DNA of 60,641 nucleotides. It comes from Clostridia bacterium (GTDB lineage Bacteria; Bacillota; Clostridia; Oscillospirales; CAG-272). Within the stretch, counting starts at the first letter, position 1; each line of letters begins with the position of its first letter. The DNA lies in contig JAFTZI010000189.1 in NCBI GenBank assembly GCA_017461055.1, forward strand, positions 1 to 60,641, read 5' to 3'. The translations under genes and the position numbers were made by a program. Under the pieces are notes generated by a model. It was given only the letters and a program-made list of their open reading frames with translations. It searched no databases and was not told the origin of the DNA. This document shows positions 18,137 through 27,103 of this stretch, piece after piece.

Positions 18137-20338
18137 ATGGAAGAAAAATATACTCAAATGAAGATAGATATAGACGGTAATAAAAAGCATTCCCAAAAGG
18201 TAGAAACTGACACCAAGGAAGAGAATATTCCATCAACTATATCTGTTTTTGATGAACCTCAAACGATTCCGATTGATATGGTGGAAAACAGACAAGAAGC
18301 GCCAATGACAGATGACGATGTTCCGCTTGTTTCCCCAAATGCTGAGATATTTACAAAGGTTGCCGATAATGTCAACAAGGACATTCCCAAAAAGGAAAAG
18401 CAAAAGGATGCAGAAGGCTTTGACGCATATGATTGGCATGATGACAGCGGTGATTCCGATGAGAATTTTATAGTAGACGAAATGTATGCAAGCACAGCGC
18501 ATGCCGACCGTCAGTTTATGGAAGCCTTTGGCATTAAAACTGTTGGCAATGTGAAAACAACAGAGAAGGAATCCCAGTCAAATGAGCCTGAGGAATCAAA
18601 CGTAGTAGCAAACAATGAAAGCTATGAATATACAGACAGACTTCAAAAGCAAGAGATTAGAAATATGTATAACTATGCCATAAAGGGAATAGGTGTGCGT
18701 CTTTTGCTTTCTGTAATATTTGCAATTATGCTGTTTGCGCTTGAAAATATTACGCTTTTCGTTAAAGAGCCCGCAGGTTATTTAAGCATTATTAACTACC
18801 CGTATTTGCATTACGGAGTCACCACAGGCTTGCTCATCCTTTGTGCAATATGTGCGTACGAGCAGATATATTACGGCTTTAAGTCAATAATATCAAAGGA
18901 CTATTTACCTGAATCTGTTGGTGTTATTGCATTTGCAGTAGCAATTATTCATAATATCGTTTCCATAATACTTGTGTACTGCGGATATTCTCCTTCGGGA
19001 ATGTTTAGCTTTGTACCGGCAGCCGTTTTGGTAGGAACGATTTTATATTCTTTTGTAAACGTAGTAAGGGAAGAGTACGGTTTTAGAGTAATATCCGGAA
19101 AGGATATGAAATTTGTTCTCGAAAGGGTAAAACAAAACGATGCTGAGGCTGAATATGACACATTTACAACAACGGCAAGCGGCGACTTTAACGGACAAAT
19201 AGCAAGGGTAGAAAGAACTGCCTTTGTTAAGAACTATTTTTACAATTCAAATGCAAACGTAAACATTAGAAAGTTTTTAAAAATCTATTACTTGATTGCC
19301 TTAACACTTCCAATTGTATTTGCAACAATTTCTGCAATAAGAAGCGGCAGCGCAGTTAATTTGACGCATTATTGGGGAGTTGGCGTTATGCTGATGCTTC
19401 CCGTGGGGGTGTTGTGCGCATACAGCGTACCGTTTTATCTTGGTAACAAAAGATTGTTTGATGATGGAGTGGCAATCATTGGCGAGGATGCAATTTCGGA
19501 ATTTGCATCAACAGACGTTTTGGTTGTTAATGATACAACAGCATTCCCGCCGCAAAACGTTAAGCTTCAAAATTTTCACGTATATAACGATTTTACCATT
19601 GAAAAGGTTCTATACTATGCGTCAAATGGCTTTTCTATTGTTGGCGGTCCTCTTTCAGAGGTATTTGATGCCGCCGCAAACGAGGCAGTTGCACCGAGTA
19701 AAAGAGTCAAGTTTAAAAGCTCGGGCAGAAGCCATCTTACTGTAAGGGTTGATAGCGAAACAGTTGTTTTTGGTGATAAATACGGCTTATCTTCTCAAGG
19801 GATTACAGTGGGTAACGAAGCTGAAAGCAAGGACGACTCTTGTACAATGTATGTAGCTGTTGATGGTGTGATTGCCGCAAAGCTTCACCTGAAATATGAA
19901 ATAGACAGCGAGTTTATAAGAATAGTAAGACTTTTGAATAAAAACGGAACAGGAATAGGCATAAGATCATTTGACCCGAATCTGAATAACGAGCTTGTAA
20001 AAAAGGTAACAAGCTTCAAAAAGAGAGATTTGAGAATAATCAAGCTGACATCAATTAATGAAATAACAAGACCAAGCGCGGAAAGAGATGGAAAAATCGT
20101 TTCCAAAGGTCGTTCTATGTTCCTTATTAAAGCAATTCCGATATGCAAAAAAATTCTTTACTCAAGAAAGGTTCTTAAGGCAATAAAAATAATTACTTCA
20201 ATAGGCGGTGCAGTCTTGCTCGGCTTGTGGACATTCGGAAAGCTCAGCTTTAGCTTGTCCTCGCACATTGTTGGCTATCATTTGATTTTTGTATTCGTAA
20301 TGGTACTCGCATCCCTTTTGACAATGCCAAAAATATAA
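18137..20338 (+). CDS. P1B-type ATPase-derived membrane protein lacking the catalytic phosphorylation motif (probable pseudo-ATPase)
   Basis: GVAIIGEDAISEFASTDVLVVNDTTAFPPQNVKL is colinear with G(I)LIKGGEALE....D.V.FDKTGTLT, with NDTTA replacing DKTGT. VAVDGVIAAKLHLKYEID...GIGIRSFDPNLN is colinear with VAVDG.L.G.I...D.....GI.V.MLTGDN. I see no TGE and no GDGxND. Confidence 0.6.
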   Translation: MEEKYTQMKIDIDGNKKHSQKVETDTKEENIPSTISVFDEPQTIPIDMVENRQEAPMTDDDVPLVSPNAEIFTKVADNVNKDIPKKEKQKDAEGFDAYDWHDDSGDSDENFIVDEMYASTAHADRQFMEAFGIKTVGNVKTTEKESQSNEPEESNVVANNESYEYTDRLQKQEIRNMYNYAIKGIGVRLLLSVIFAIMLFALENITLFVKEPAGYLSIINYPYLHYGVTTGLLILCAICAYEQIYYGFKSIISKDYLPESVGVIAFAVAIIHNIVSIILVYCGYSPSGMFSFVPAAVLVGTILYSFVNVVREEYGFRVISGKDMKFVLERVKQNDAEAEYDTFTTTASGDFNGQIARVERTAFVKNYFYNSNANVNIRKFLKIYYLIALTLPIVFATISAIRSGSAVNLTHYWGVGVMLMLPVGVLCAYSVPFYLGNKRLFDDGVAIIGEDAISEFASTDVLVVNDTTAFPPQNVKLQNFHVYNDFTIEKVLYYASNGFSIVGGPLSEVFDAAANEAVAPSKRVKFKSSGRSHLTVRVDSETVVFGDKYGLSSQGITVGNEAESKDDSCTMYVAVDGVIAAKLHLKYEIDSEFIRIVRLLNKNGTGIGIRSFDPNLNNELVKKVTSFKKRDLRIIKLTSINEITRPSAERDGKIVSKGRSMFLIKAIPICKKILYSRKVLKAIKIITSIGGAVLLGLWTFGKLSFSLSSHIVGYHLIFVFVMVLASLLTMPKI

Positions 20339-20342
20339 TAAT

Positions 20343-22193
20343 ATGCAAAAAAATATCAGTAATATTTTGAAGTCTGTTCAAAAGCCCGGCAGATATACAG
20401 GCGGTGAATTTGGACAGATTATAAAAGACAAAGACAAGGTTAAAATGCGAATAGCCTTTTGCTTTCCGGATACATATGAAATAGGTATGTCAAACCTGGG
20501 TGTAAAAATACTTTACGGAGCATTAAACGAAATGCAAGACGTCTGGTGCGAAAGAGTATTTGCGCCTTGGACAGATATGGAAGAGCAAATGCGCAAAAAC
20601 AGCGTTCCGCTTTTCGCTCTTGAAAGCAAGGACAACGTAAAGGATTTCGATGTATTGGCAATCTCTCTTCAATACGAGCTGTGCTATACAACTGCAATAA
20701 ATCTGATTGATTTAGCAGGACTGCCAATATATGCAAAGGACAGAGATGAAAGCATGCCTGTAGTTTTAGGCGGAGGTCCCTGTGCATATAACGCAGAGCC
20801 TGTTGCAGATTTCTTTGATATTTTCAGTATTGGCGAGGGTGAGGAATCTCTTTGCGAGCTTTCTCAACTTTACATTGATATGAAAAATAACGGTACTTAC
20901 ACCAAAAGTGCTTTTTTAAGAGAAGCATCACACCTAAATGGCTTTTACGTACCGTCACTTTACAACGTTGAGTATAATGAGGATGGCACAATTAAGCTAT
21001 TTGAGCCTAAATTTGACGATGTTCCCAAAAGGGTAGAGAAGCGCGTTGTTGAGGATCTAAACACCTCATATTTCCCCTTAAAGCCCGTTATGCCATATAT
21101 TGAAACGGTTCACGACAGAATTATGCTTGAAACCTTCCGTGGCTGTATTCGCGGCTGCCGCTTCTGCCAAGCAGGAATGGTTTTCCGCCCTGTAAGAGAA
21201 AAGAGTGCCGACGTTTTGAATGCTCAGGCACAGGAAATATTTAAAAACACAGGCTATAATGAAATTTCTTTAACCTCATTGTCAATTAGCGATTATTCGT
21301 GCTTAAACGATGCAACCGATAAGCTTCTTGAGTGGACTAACAAGAATAAAATCAATCTTTCCTTGCCGTCTTTAAGAGCAGATAGCTTTACAAAGGAGCT
21401 TATGCGTAAGGTGAGCGGAGTTCGTTCAAGCGGCTTAACCTTTGCCCCTGAGGCAGGTACACAAAGATTAAGGGATGCAATTAACAAAAACCTATATGAA
21501 GAGGATTTGTTAAATGCTGTCCGTTTGGCGTTTGAGGGAGGAAAAAGTCAGGTTAAGCTATACTTTATGAATGGCTTGCCGACTGAAACCTACGAGGATA
21601 TTGAAGGCATTTCTGTTCTTGCAAAGCATGTGGTAGACGAGTTTTATAAAATGCCTGTAAGACCAAAAAAGCCTGTACAGGTAACTGTAAGCGTTTCCTG
21701 CTTTGTTCCTAAGCCTCACACACCTTTCCAGTGGGAGCCGCAGGACAGCCTTGAAAGCTTGGTTGAAAAGCAAAGGTTCTTAGGTGAAAAAATTACTGAC
21801 CGCAAGGTAAGGTATAACTGGCACGAAGCAAAGGTATCAAGGCTTGAGGCTGTATTTTCCAAAGGTGACAGACGCTTATCAAAGGCAATTGCTCACGCAG
21901 TTAGTAAGGGAATACACTTTGATGCGTGGGACGAATATTTTGATTATGACAAATGGATGGAAGTGTTTGAGGAATGTGGAATTGATCCGTCATTCTATGC
22001 AAACCGCCGTATAGGCTATGATGAAATACTTCCTTGGGATGTAATCGACATAGGAGTTAATAAAAGCTTCTTAATATCAGAAAACAAAAAAGCATATGAA
22101 AGCAAAACCACACCAAACTGTAAGGAAAAATGCTCAGGCTGTGGTGCTAACAAGCTTGGAAAGGAGCTTACATGGTGCCCCAAAATGAAATAA
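20343..22193 (+). CDS. B12-binding-domain radical SAM protein, TIGR03960 family (function unknown)
   Basis: CxxxCxxC cluster motif CIRGCRFCQAG. N-terminus MRIAFCFPDTYEIGMSNLG is typical of this family. Followed by its usual partner gene. Confidence 0.85.
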   Translation: MQKNISNILKSVQKPGRYTGGEFGQIIKDKDKVKMRIAFCFPDTYEIGMSNLGVKILYGALNEMQDVWCERVFAPWTDMEEQMRKNSVPLFALESKDNVKDFDVLAISLQYELCYTTAINLIDLAGLPIYAKDRDESMPVVLGGGPCAYNAEPVADFFDIFSIGEGEESLCELSQLYIDMKNNGTYTKSAFLREASHLNGFYVPSLYNVEYNEDGTIKLFEPKFDDVPKRVEKRVVEDLNTSYFPLKPVMPYIETVHDRIMLETFRGCIRGCRFCQAGMVFRPVREKSADVLNAQAQEIFKNTGYNEISLTSLSISDYSCLNDATDKLLEWTNKNKINLSLPSLRADSFTKELMRKVSGVRSSGLTFAPEAGTQRLRDAINKNLYEEDLLNAVRLAFEGGKSQVKLYFMNGLPTETYEDIEGISVLAKHVVDEFYKMPVRPKKPVQVTVSVSCFVPKPHTPFQWEPQDSLESLVEKQRFLGEKITDRKVRYNWHEAKVSRLEAVFSKGDRRLSKAIAHAVSKGIHFDAWDEYFDYDKWMEVFEECGIDPSFYANRRIGYDEILPWDVIDIGVNKSFLISENKKAYESKTTPNCKEKCSGCGANKLGKELTWCPKMK

Positions 22194-22858
22194 CTCCTGT
22201 AAGAATCAAATTTTCCAAAACAGGAGATTTAATGTACATATCTCATTTGGATTTGTCGCGCACAATGCAAAGAATAATGCTTCGCGCAGGCATTGATATT
22301 TGGTATAGCGAGGGATTTAATCCACAGCCTAAAATAGTTTTCGCAGTTCCTCTCCCCGTTGGCGTTGAGAGCGAATGTGAGCTTATGGATATAAAAATTA
22401 ATTCGCCAATGCCTTTTGAAGAAATTAAGGAAAGAATACAAAATAACTTTCCAAGTGAAATGAAGGTCATAGATGTATATTCCCCAACACAAAAATTTAA
22501 AAACATCGGCTTTATTGATTATACTATAAGACTATACACAAATGCTTCAAGCGAAGAAACGTGCGGAAAAATAGAAAAGCTGTTTAAAAGCGAATGTAAT
22601 ATAATCAAGAAAACCAAAAGCGGTGAAAAGGAAATAAATATAAGCGATTATGTTAAGCTTGCAGAGGCTAAGAATAAGGCGAGTTATATAGAAATTCACG
22701 CAATTCTTAGTGCAGATAGTGAAAGATACTTAAACCCCGAATTGTTCATTGAAGCTATTAAGCAAAATTTAAATATAATGAACAGCGACGGAATAGAGGA
22801 ATTTTCAACTGTTTATCGCAACAAAATGCTTGATTTTGATTTAAACGAATTTGTATAA
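22172..22858 (+). CDS. TIGR03936/DUF2344 radical-SAM-associated protein
   Basis: VRIKFSKTGDLMYISHLDLSRTMQRIMLRAGI is the characteristic N-terminus. AAAGGAG lies 5 nt upstream. Overlaps the radical SAM gene by 22 nt. Confidence 0.8.
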   Translation: MVPQNEITPVRIKFSKTGDLMYISHLDLSRTMQRIMLRAGIDIWYSEGFNPQPKIVFAVPLPVGVESECELMDIKINSPMPFEEIKERIQNNFPSEMKVIDVYSPTQKFKNIGFIDYTIRLYTNASSEETCGKIEKLFKSECNIIKKTKSGEKEINISDYVKLAEAKNKASYIEIHAILSADSERYLNPELFIEAIKQNLNIMNSDGIEEFSTVYRNKMLDFDLNEFV

Positions 22859-22862
22859 GTAA

Positions 22863-22895
22863 AAGGAGCAAACGAAAACCGTTTGCTCCTTTTAA
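22863..22895 (+). terminator. Intrinsic terminator after the radical SAM pair
   Basis: AAGGAGCAAACG (22863-22874) pairs with CGTTTGCTCCTT (22880-22891), then TTT. Confidence 0.8.
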
Positions 22896-22904
22896 TATAA
22901 ACCA

Positions 22905-22931
22905 AAACGGCGACTTTTAATGTCGCCGTTT
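22905..22931 (-). terminator. Intrinsic terminator of the exonuclease gene
   Basis: AAACGGCGAC pairs with GTCGCCGTTT. On the minus strand it is followed by TTTTGGTTT. Confidence 0.7.
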
Positions 22932-22942
22932 AAAATTTGGTA

Positions 22943-24076
22943 TTAAACATTTTCAACCTTTTTTCTGTGCTTAGGTAATTTATCAGCGCTTCTTTTAATC
23001 GGTGCTAATGTCGCCCTATTAAGAGTTGAAATGTCATTAAGACTTGTGCATAATAGCTCAAGCAGGGAGTCAAGAGTCATAAACTCGATTTCCCGTTCAG
23101 TATCGTTAATTATTTGTGCTTTTTCACGTCGATAGCATTTGTAGCTTTTTCCGTTTTTATCTTCAATATTGTATTCCACAAAGATATCACAGGAATAAGC
23201 ATGCCTTGTGTACTTCGCTCCGGCCCTTGCCAAGAGAGAAATAATGTTCATCATTTCATTGAAATGATACTCCTCAAATAACGCACTTATGCAAACCTTT
23301 TTCCCCGAAAGAGGAGAAGAGGAACCTCGGCTAACGAAAACACGCTTGATATAGGTCGCAAATTCTTTTGCAGCCCTTTCAGTAGTGTGCATCCAGTTAG
23401 AGCGAGGACTGTTTGCAAGTCGCTCCATTTTCGAAAGCTTTTGAGCCTTCAAGGCTTCCTTGTGCATTAAAAATTCAGACCCAATTTCACCGTTTTTACA
23501 CCAGCATTTACAATGTGGGTATTTTTCAATCAAGTCACGTGGCGTAAGCCCCGTTTCCTTGCAAAGTCCCTTTAGCACACACATTGTAAAGTATGAATCG
23601 TCATCACTCTTATGTACATCCTGTGATTCGGTAACACCGTATTCGTGAGCACAATAAATAAGAGAAGGGGTGTTTACAAGCTCCTTGTAATCAGTGTATA
23701 TACGCTGAATATCAATAAAGCTGTAATCAAATATTTCCTTACGGTATCTTTGACACTCGCTTTTTATATAACCGGCATCGGACATAACAGAAAAACCGAA
23801 AATCAGTCTGTCCGGCTTGGTGAGCAGCTCTCTTATTTTATTGTAATGACGTGGAAAATCAGGAGAAGCATTAAAGGTTTTTTCATCATAGCCAAGAGTA
23901 ATACCGGGGTGGTTACCGTGACCGCATAAATGGAATCTTGAATGAGGATTCATAAGAATATCGTTTTTTGAAATGATATTGAAGCTCTCGTCAGTTATTA
24001 CATAGCCGAAGGAACAAATCTTACCGTGACCGTGAAAGCAGTTAGCGCATTCAATGTCGAAAAATAAATATTCCAT
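22943..24076 (-). CDS. DEDDh-type 3'-5' exonuclease with a C-terminal BRCT-like domain
   Basis: Exo I FFDIECAN, Exo II-like FGFSVMSDAGYI, Exo III HKSDDDSY (H-x4-D). The C-terminal GKKVCISALFEEYHFNEMMNIISLLARAGAKYTRHAYSCDIFV resembles a BRCT fold signature. Confidence 0.65.
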   Translation of the reverse strand: MEYLFFDIECANCFHGHGKICSFGYVITDESFNIISKNDILMNPHSRFHLCGHGNHPGITLGYDEKTFNASPDFPRHYNKIRELLTKPDRLIFGFSVMSDAGYIKSECQRYRKEIFDYSFIDIQRIYTDYKELVNTPSLIYCAHEYGVTESQDVHKSDDDSYFTMCVLKGLCKETGLTPRDLIEKYPHCKCWCKNGEIGSEFLMHKEALKAQKLSKMERLANSPRSNWMHTTERAAKEFATYIKRVFVSRGSSSPLSGKKVCISALFEEYHFNEMMNIISLLARAGAKYTRHAYSCDIFVEYNIEDKNGKSYKCYRREKAQIINDTEREIEFMTLDSLLELLCTSLNDISTLNRATLAPIKRSADKLPKHRKKVENV

Positions 24077-24094
24077 ATAAACCTGTCTTATAAA

Positions 24095-24694
24095 TTATAT
24101 ATCGTGTCTGCCCATAATGGCTCTGTATAATGTAACAGAATCTGCATATTCAAGGTCAGCGCCAACAGGCAAACCGTTTGCAATTCTTGTTACCTTTACA
24201 CCGCAGGGCTTTAAAAGTCTTGAAAGATACATAGCTGTCGCTTCACCGGAAACAGTAGGATTGGTAGCTATGATGACTTCTTGCACGTTTTCGCTGTTGA
24301 TTCTTTCTAAAAGCTCCTTGATTTTGAGTTGGTCAGGGCCAATTCCCTTCATCGGAGAAATGGTGCCGTGTAATACGTGATAAACACCGCTATATTCCTT
24401 TACCTTTTCAATAGCCAAAACTGCCTGATAATCCTCAACCACGCAAATTACAGAATGGTCACGTGTTGATGAAGAGCATATGGGGCAAACCTCATCAGAG
24501 GAAATATTTTGACAAACAGAGCAACGCCCAATATTTGTTTTAGCATCTAAAATAGCTTGCGCAAAGGCAAAGGCGTCAGCATCGGGCATATCAAGTATGG
24601 AAAAAGCCATTCTCATTGCGCTTTTTTTGCCAACACCCTCAAGAGTTCTAAACTTATCAACAAGCTCCTGCAACGGCTTAACTAATTCTTCCAT
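24095..24694 (-). CDS. recR: Recombination protein RecR
   Basis: HhH N-terminus, C4 zinc finger (CSVCQN...CPIC), Toprim domain. dnaX-ybaB-recR synteny supports the call. Confidence 0.93.
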   Translation of the reverse strand: MEELVKPLQELVDKFRTLEGVGKKSAMRMAFSILDMPDADAFAFAQAILDAKTNIGRCSVCQNISSDEVCPICSSSTRDHSVICVVEDYQAVLAIEKVKEYSGVYHVLHGTISPMKGIGPDQLKIKELLERINSENVQEVIIATNPTVSGEATAMYLSRLLKPCGVKVTRIANGLPVGADLEYADSVTLYRAIMGRHDI

Positions 24695-25038
24695 CAGAAT
24701 AATCCGGGCATGCCCATCATGCCGCCCATGCCGCCGGTAATTTTGCCCATTTCCTCATTAGTAGTAGAATCTACCTTCTTAATCGCCTCGTTAATGCCGG
24801 CAACAAGAATATCGGAAAGGGTTTCAATATCGTCAGGATCAACGATTTCTTCTTTAATATCTATGCTTAAAACCTCACGCTTACCGTTGATTTTAACCTT
24901 GACAACACCGCCGCCTGCGCTTACCTCATACTCACGCTCCTCAAGCTCAGCCTGCTTTGCCTGCATGTCCTCCTGCATTTTTTGTGCCTGTCTTAGCATT
25001 TCATTCATGCTGGGACCCTTTGGAATGTTTGCTTTCAT
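24694..25038 (-). CDS. ybaB: YbaB/EbfC family nucleoid-associated protein
   Basis: 114 aa. MLRQAQKMQEDMQAKQAELE... is typical of the family. Positioned between dnaX and recR. Confidence 0.9.
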   Translation of the reverse strand: MKANIPKGPSMNEMLRQAQKMQEDMQAKQAELEEREYEVSAGGGVVKVKINGKREVLSIDIKEEIVDPDDIETLSDILVAGINEAIKKVDSTTNEEMGKITGGMGGMMGMPGLF

Positions 25039-25054
25039 AATTACACCACCTTAT

Positions 25055-26629
25055 TTATTCAAATTCATCAAGGTCAGACAAAATGTCCTTTCCTTTTTTA
25101 ACAACGATTTTTAATTGGTTTACGCTTGCAATATCAATTTCACTCAATAGCATAGCGTCAAATATACTTTTTTTATTTTTATCGGTATTTAATAAATGCT
25201 CAGTAAAGGAATTAGGTACAACCAAATAATACCTTTGATTTTTTTGGGAATAACAACAGGAAGAGCCACGTAAAAAGCTACCTGTAGGAGCATCCTTCTC
25301 AACAACCTTGCTAATTATCTCGTCCCAGTACTCAAGCTCTGTAATGCCCTCAGGCTGTTTGCTTTCCTCGTTAGCTTCAGTGCTGTTCGGAGCTTCGCTT
25401 GCAGCAGCCAATATATCATCATCGCTTTCTGAAGTACTGCCTTCATCAACGGTAGCTGCGGTATCAACGGTTATTCCTTTTGATATCAGAGTGATTTTAT
25501 CCTCTAAAACACTTAAGCGAGAGAGAAGCGCGTCGCTTGAATCGGAAAGCCTTGGATCACACATTTTCATAAGTGTAATCTCAGCACACAGTCTTTTTCC
25601 TGTTGGGTTTCTCATCATATTTGCATATGCATCGTCAAGCAATGAAGCGTGATAAATCAAGGTTGCCATGCTAAACAGTGAGGAAGCGTCCTCAAGAAGC
25701 TTATATTCAGAAGGTAAAAGCTCTAAGTAGTCCTTGGCAACATTGGATTTTTGCACCATCATATCTCTGTAAAACGCAGTTAAGTCGGCAAAGAATACTA
25801 AAACATCCTTAGAGGAGATAACAACCTCGTTTATTGCCTCAAAAAGCTTAGCATAGTTCTTTTCGGCAATGCTTTTAGCCACGTTATACATTTTTTCATA
25901 TGAGCTTGTTCCTAAAATCTCATTTACAAGATTGGAGGTTATTTCCTTATGTGAGCCTGCGCAAAGCTCCATTAAGCTTATAGCATCTCGCATACCGCCT
26001 TGAGCAGTTTTGGCAATAAGCGTTGCGCCATCCTCAGTTAAATTAATGCTCTCGTTTTTAGCAATGTACATCAATCTTTCAACTAAGGATTTCATAGTGA
26101 TGCGTCTGAATTCAAAGCGCTGACATCTTGAAATAATAGTAGCCGGAATTTTATGCTGCTCAGTAGTAGCAAAAATGTATAAAACGTGCTCAGGTGGCTC
26201 CTCTATAGTCTTTAATAAAGCGTTAAAAGCGCTGTCGGAAAGCATATGTGCCTCGTCAATGATATAAACGCGCTTTTTGAGCATAGCGGGAGTGTACATA
26301 ACATTTTCACGTAAATCGCGTATGTAGTCAACACCGGTGTTGGTAGCTGCGTCCATTTCAATAACATCAGTTGTACTGCCGGTGTCAATTGCCCTGCAAT
26401 TTTCACACTCGTTACATGGATTTCCGTCCTTGGGATTTAAGCAGTTTACACTTTTAGCAAGTATTTTTGCACAGGTAGTCTTACCGGTTCCTCTTGAGCC
26501 GGAGAATAGGTACGCGTGAGAAACGGAGCCACGCATAGCTTCATATCTTAAAATTGATGTAATATGCTCCTGTCCGTAAACGTCGTCAAAAACATTAGGT
26601 CTGTATTTTCTGTATAAAGCCTGATGCAT
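25055..26629 (-). CDS. dnaX: DNA polymerase III subunits gamma/tau
   Basis: ALYRKYRP...F.DV.GQEH N-terminus, Walker A GSRGTGKTT, zinc module CNEC.NC, Walker B YIIDEAHML, sensor SRCQRF. Confidence 0.93.
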   Translation of the reverse strand: MHQALYRKYRPNVFDDVYGQEHITSILRYEAMRGSVSHAYLFSGSRGTGKTTCAKILAKSVNCLNPKDGNPCNECENCRAIDTGSTTDVIEMDAATNTGVDYIRDLRENVMYTPAMLKKRVYIIDEAHMLSDSAFNALLKTIEEPPEHVLYIFATTEQHKIPATIISRCQRFEFRRITMKSLVERLMYIAKNESINLTEDGATLIAKTAQGGMRDAISLMELCAGSHKEITSNLVNEILGTSSYEKMYNVAKSIAEKNYAKLFEAINEVVISSKDVLVFFADLTAFYRDMMVQKSNVAKDYLELLPSEYKLLEDASSLFSMATLIYHASLLDDAYANMMRNPTGKRLCAEITLMKMCDPRLSDSSDALLSRLSVLEDKITLISKGITVDTAATVDEGSTSESDDDILAAASEAPNSTEANEESKQPEGITELEYWDEIISKVVEKDAPTGSFLRGSSCCYSQKNQRYYLVVPNSFTEHLLNTDKNKKSIFDAMLLSEIDIASVNQLKIVVKKGKDILSDLDEFE

Positions 26630-26655
26630 AAAAAGCTCCTTTCTGATAACTGTGT

Positions 26656-26966
26656 AAAAAACAAGCTGTCATGTAAGATCATACACCCAAAGATCGAAAT
26701 ATCCTTCCATGCGCATTCCCTTAACATCTGCTCGAGACAAGCACTCTTGCGGCACATCATCACAACTGCTTAGTGCTGCTTGGTCCCCCACCTGACACGG
26801 TTCACAGCCGACAATTGCGCAAGACTCATCTGTCAACGCTTCTGTTAAAGGTGCTGACCACACAAGAACACCCCTCAAAATGGGAATTCTCCCCTGCTAT
26901 AGCGGATTTCAGGTACAGGGCACCGCTACCGCCCCGGATAGTATGACCTTATATCACAGCTTGTTA
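26656..26966 (-). ncRNA. ffs: Signal recognition particle RNA, long Bacillus-type (with Alu domain)
   Basis: The minus strand reads ...GGCGGTAGCGGTGCCCTGTACCTGAAATCCGCTATAGCAGGGG...TGCGCAAT...GAACCGTGTCAGGTGGGGGACCAAGCAGCACTAAGC...ATGTGCCGCAAG..., colinear with B. subtilis scRNA. The 5' AACAAGCTGT pairs with the 3' ACAGCTTGTT, followed by a T-run. Sits directly upstream of dnaX as in Firmicutes. Ends are good to about +/-10 nt. Confidence 0.88.
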
Positions 26967-27001
26967 TATTGTCTGATATTCTGTGTTATTACACACGCAA
27001 T

Positions 27002-27030
27002 AGTATACCACACAAGTAATTCAAAGTCAA
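27002..27030 (-). promoter_or_regulatory. Sigma-A promoter driving the SRP RNA (and possibly dnaX)
   Basis: The minus strand reads TTGACT, 17-nt spacer, TATACT, with a TG extension (TGG TATACT). Confidence 0.65.
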
Positions 27031-27081
27031 GTTAAGAATTAAAAAACTTATTAATTTATTTTACATTAATTAAATTTGGGA

Positions 27082-27103
27082 GGGAAGAGTCGAGGCTCTT
27101 CCC
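27082..27103 (-). terminator. Hairpin immediately after the eno stop codon
   Basis: GGGAAGAG pairs with CTCTTCCC (8 bp). The downstream T-tract is weak. Confidence 0.5.

Noticed and set aside
24710-25114. Antisense shadow ORFs inside well-supported genes. Examples are 3583-3894, 4823-5125, 24710-25114, 28435-28788, 31983-32399, 41400-41834, 48451-49002 and 55401-55829, plus the alternative-frame ORF 16215-16679 in the sigma gene.
   Set aside because: They overlap genes with clear family motifs, have low-complexity or Ser/Leu-rich translations typical of antisense frames, and lack SD sequences.
26548-26878. Two minus-strand ORFs (71 and 69 aa) upstream of dnaX
   Set aside because: They lie inside the region that aligns along its length with Bacillus-type SRP RNA. 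The RNA gene explains the conservation-like signal, and neither ORF has a ribosome-binding site.
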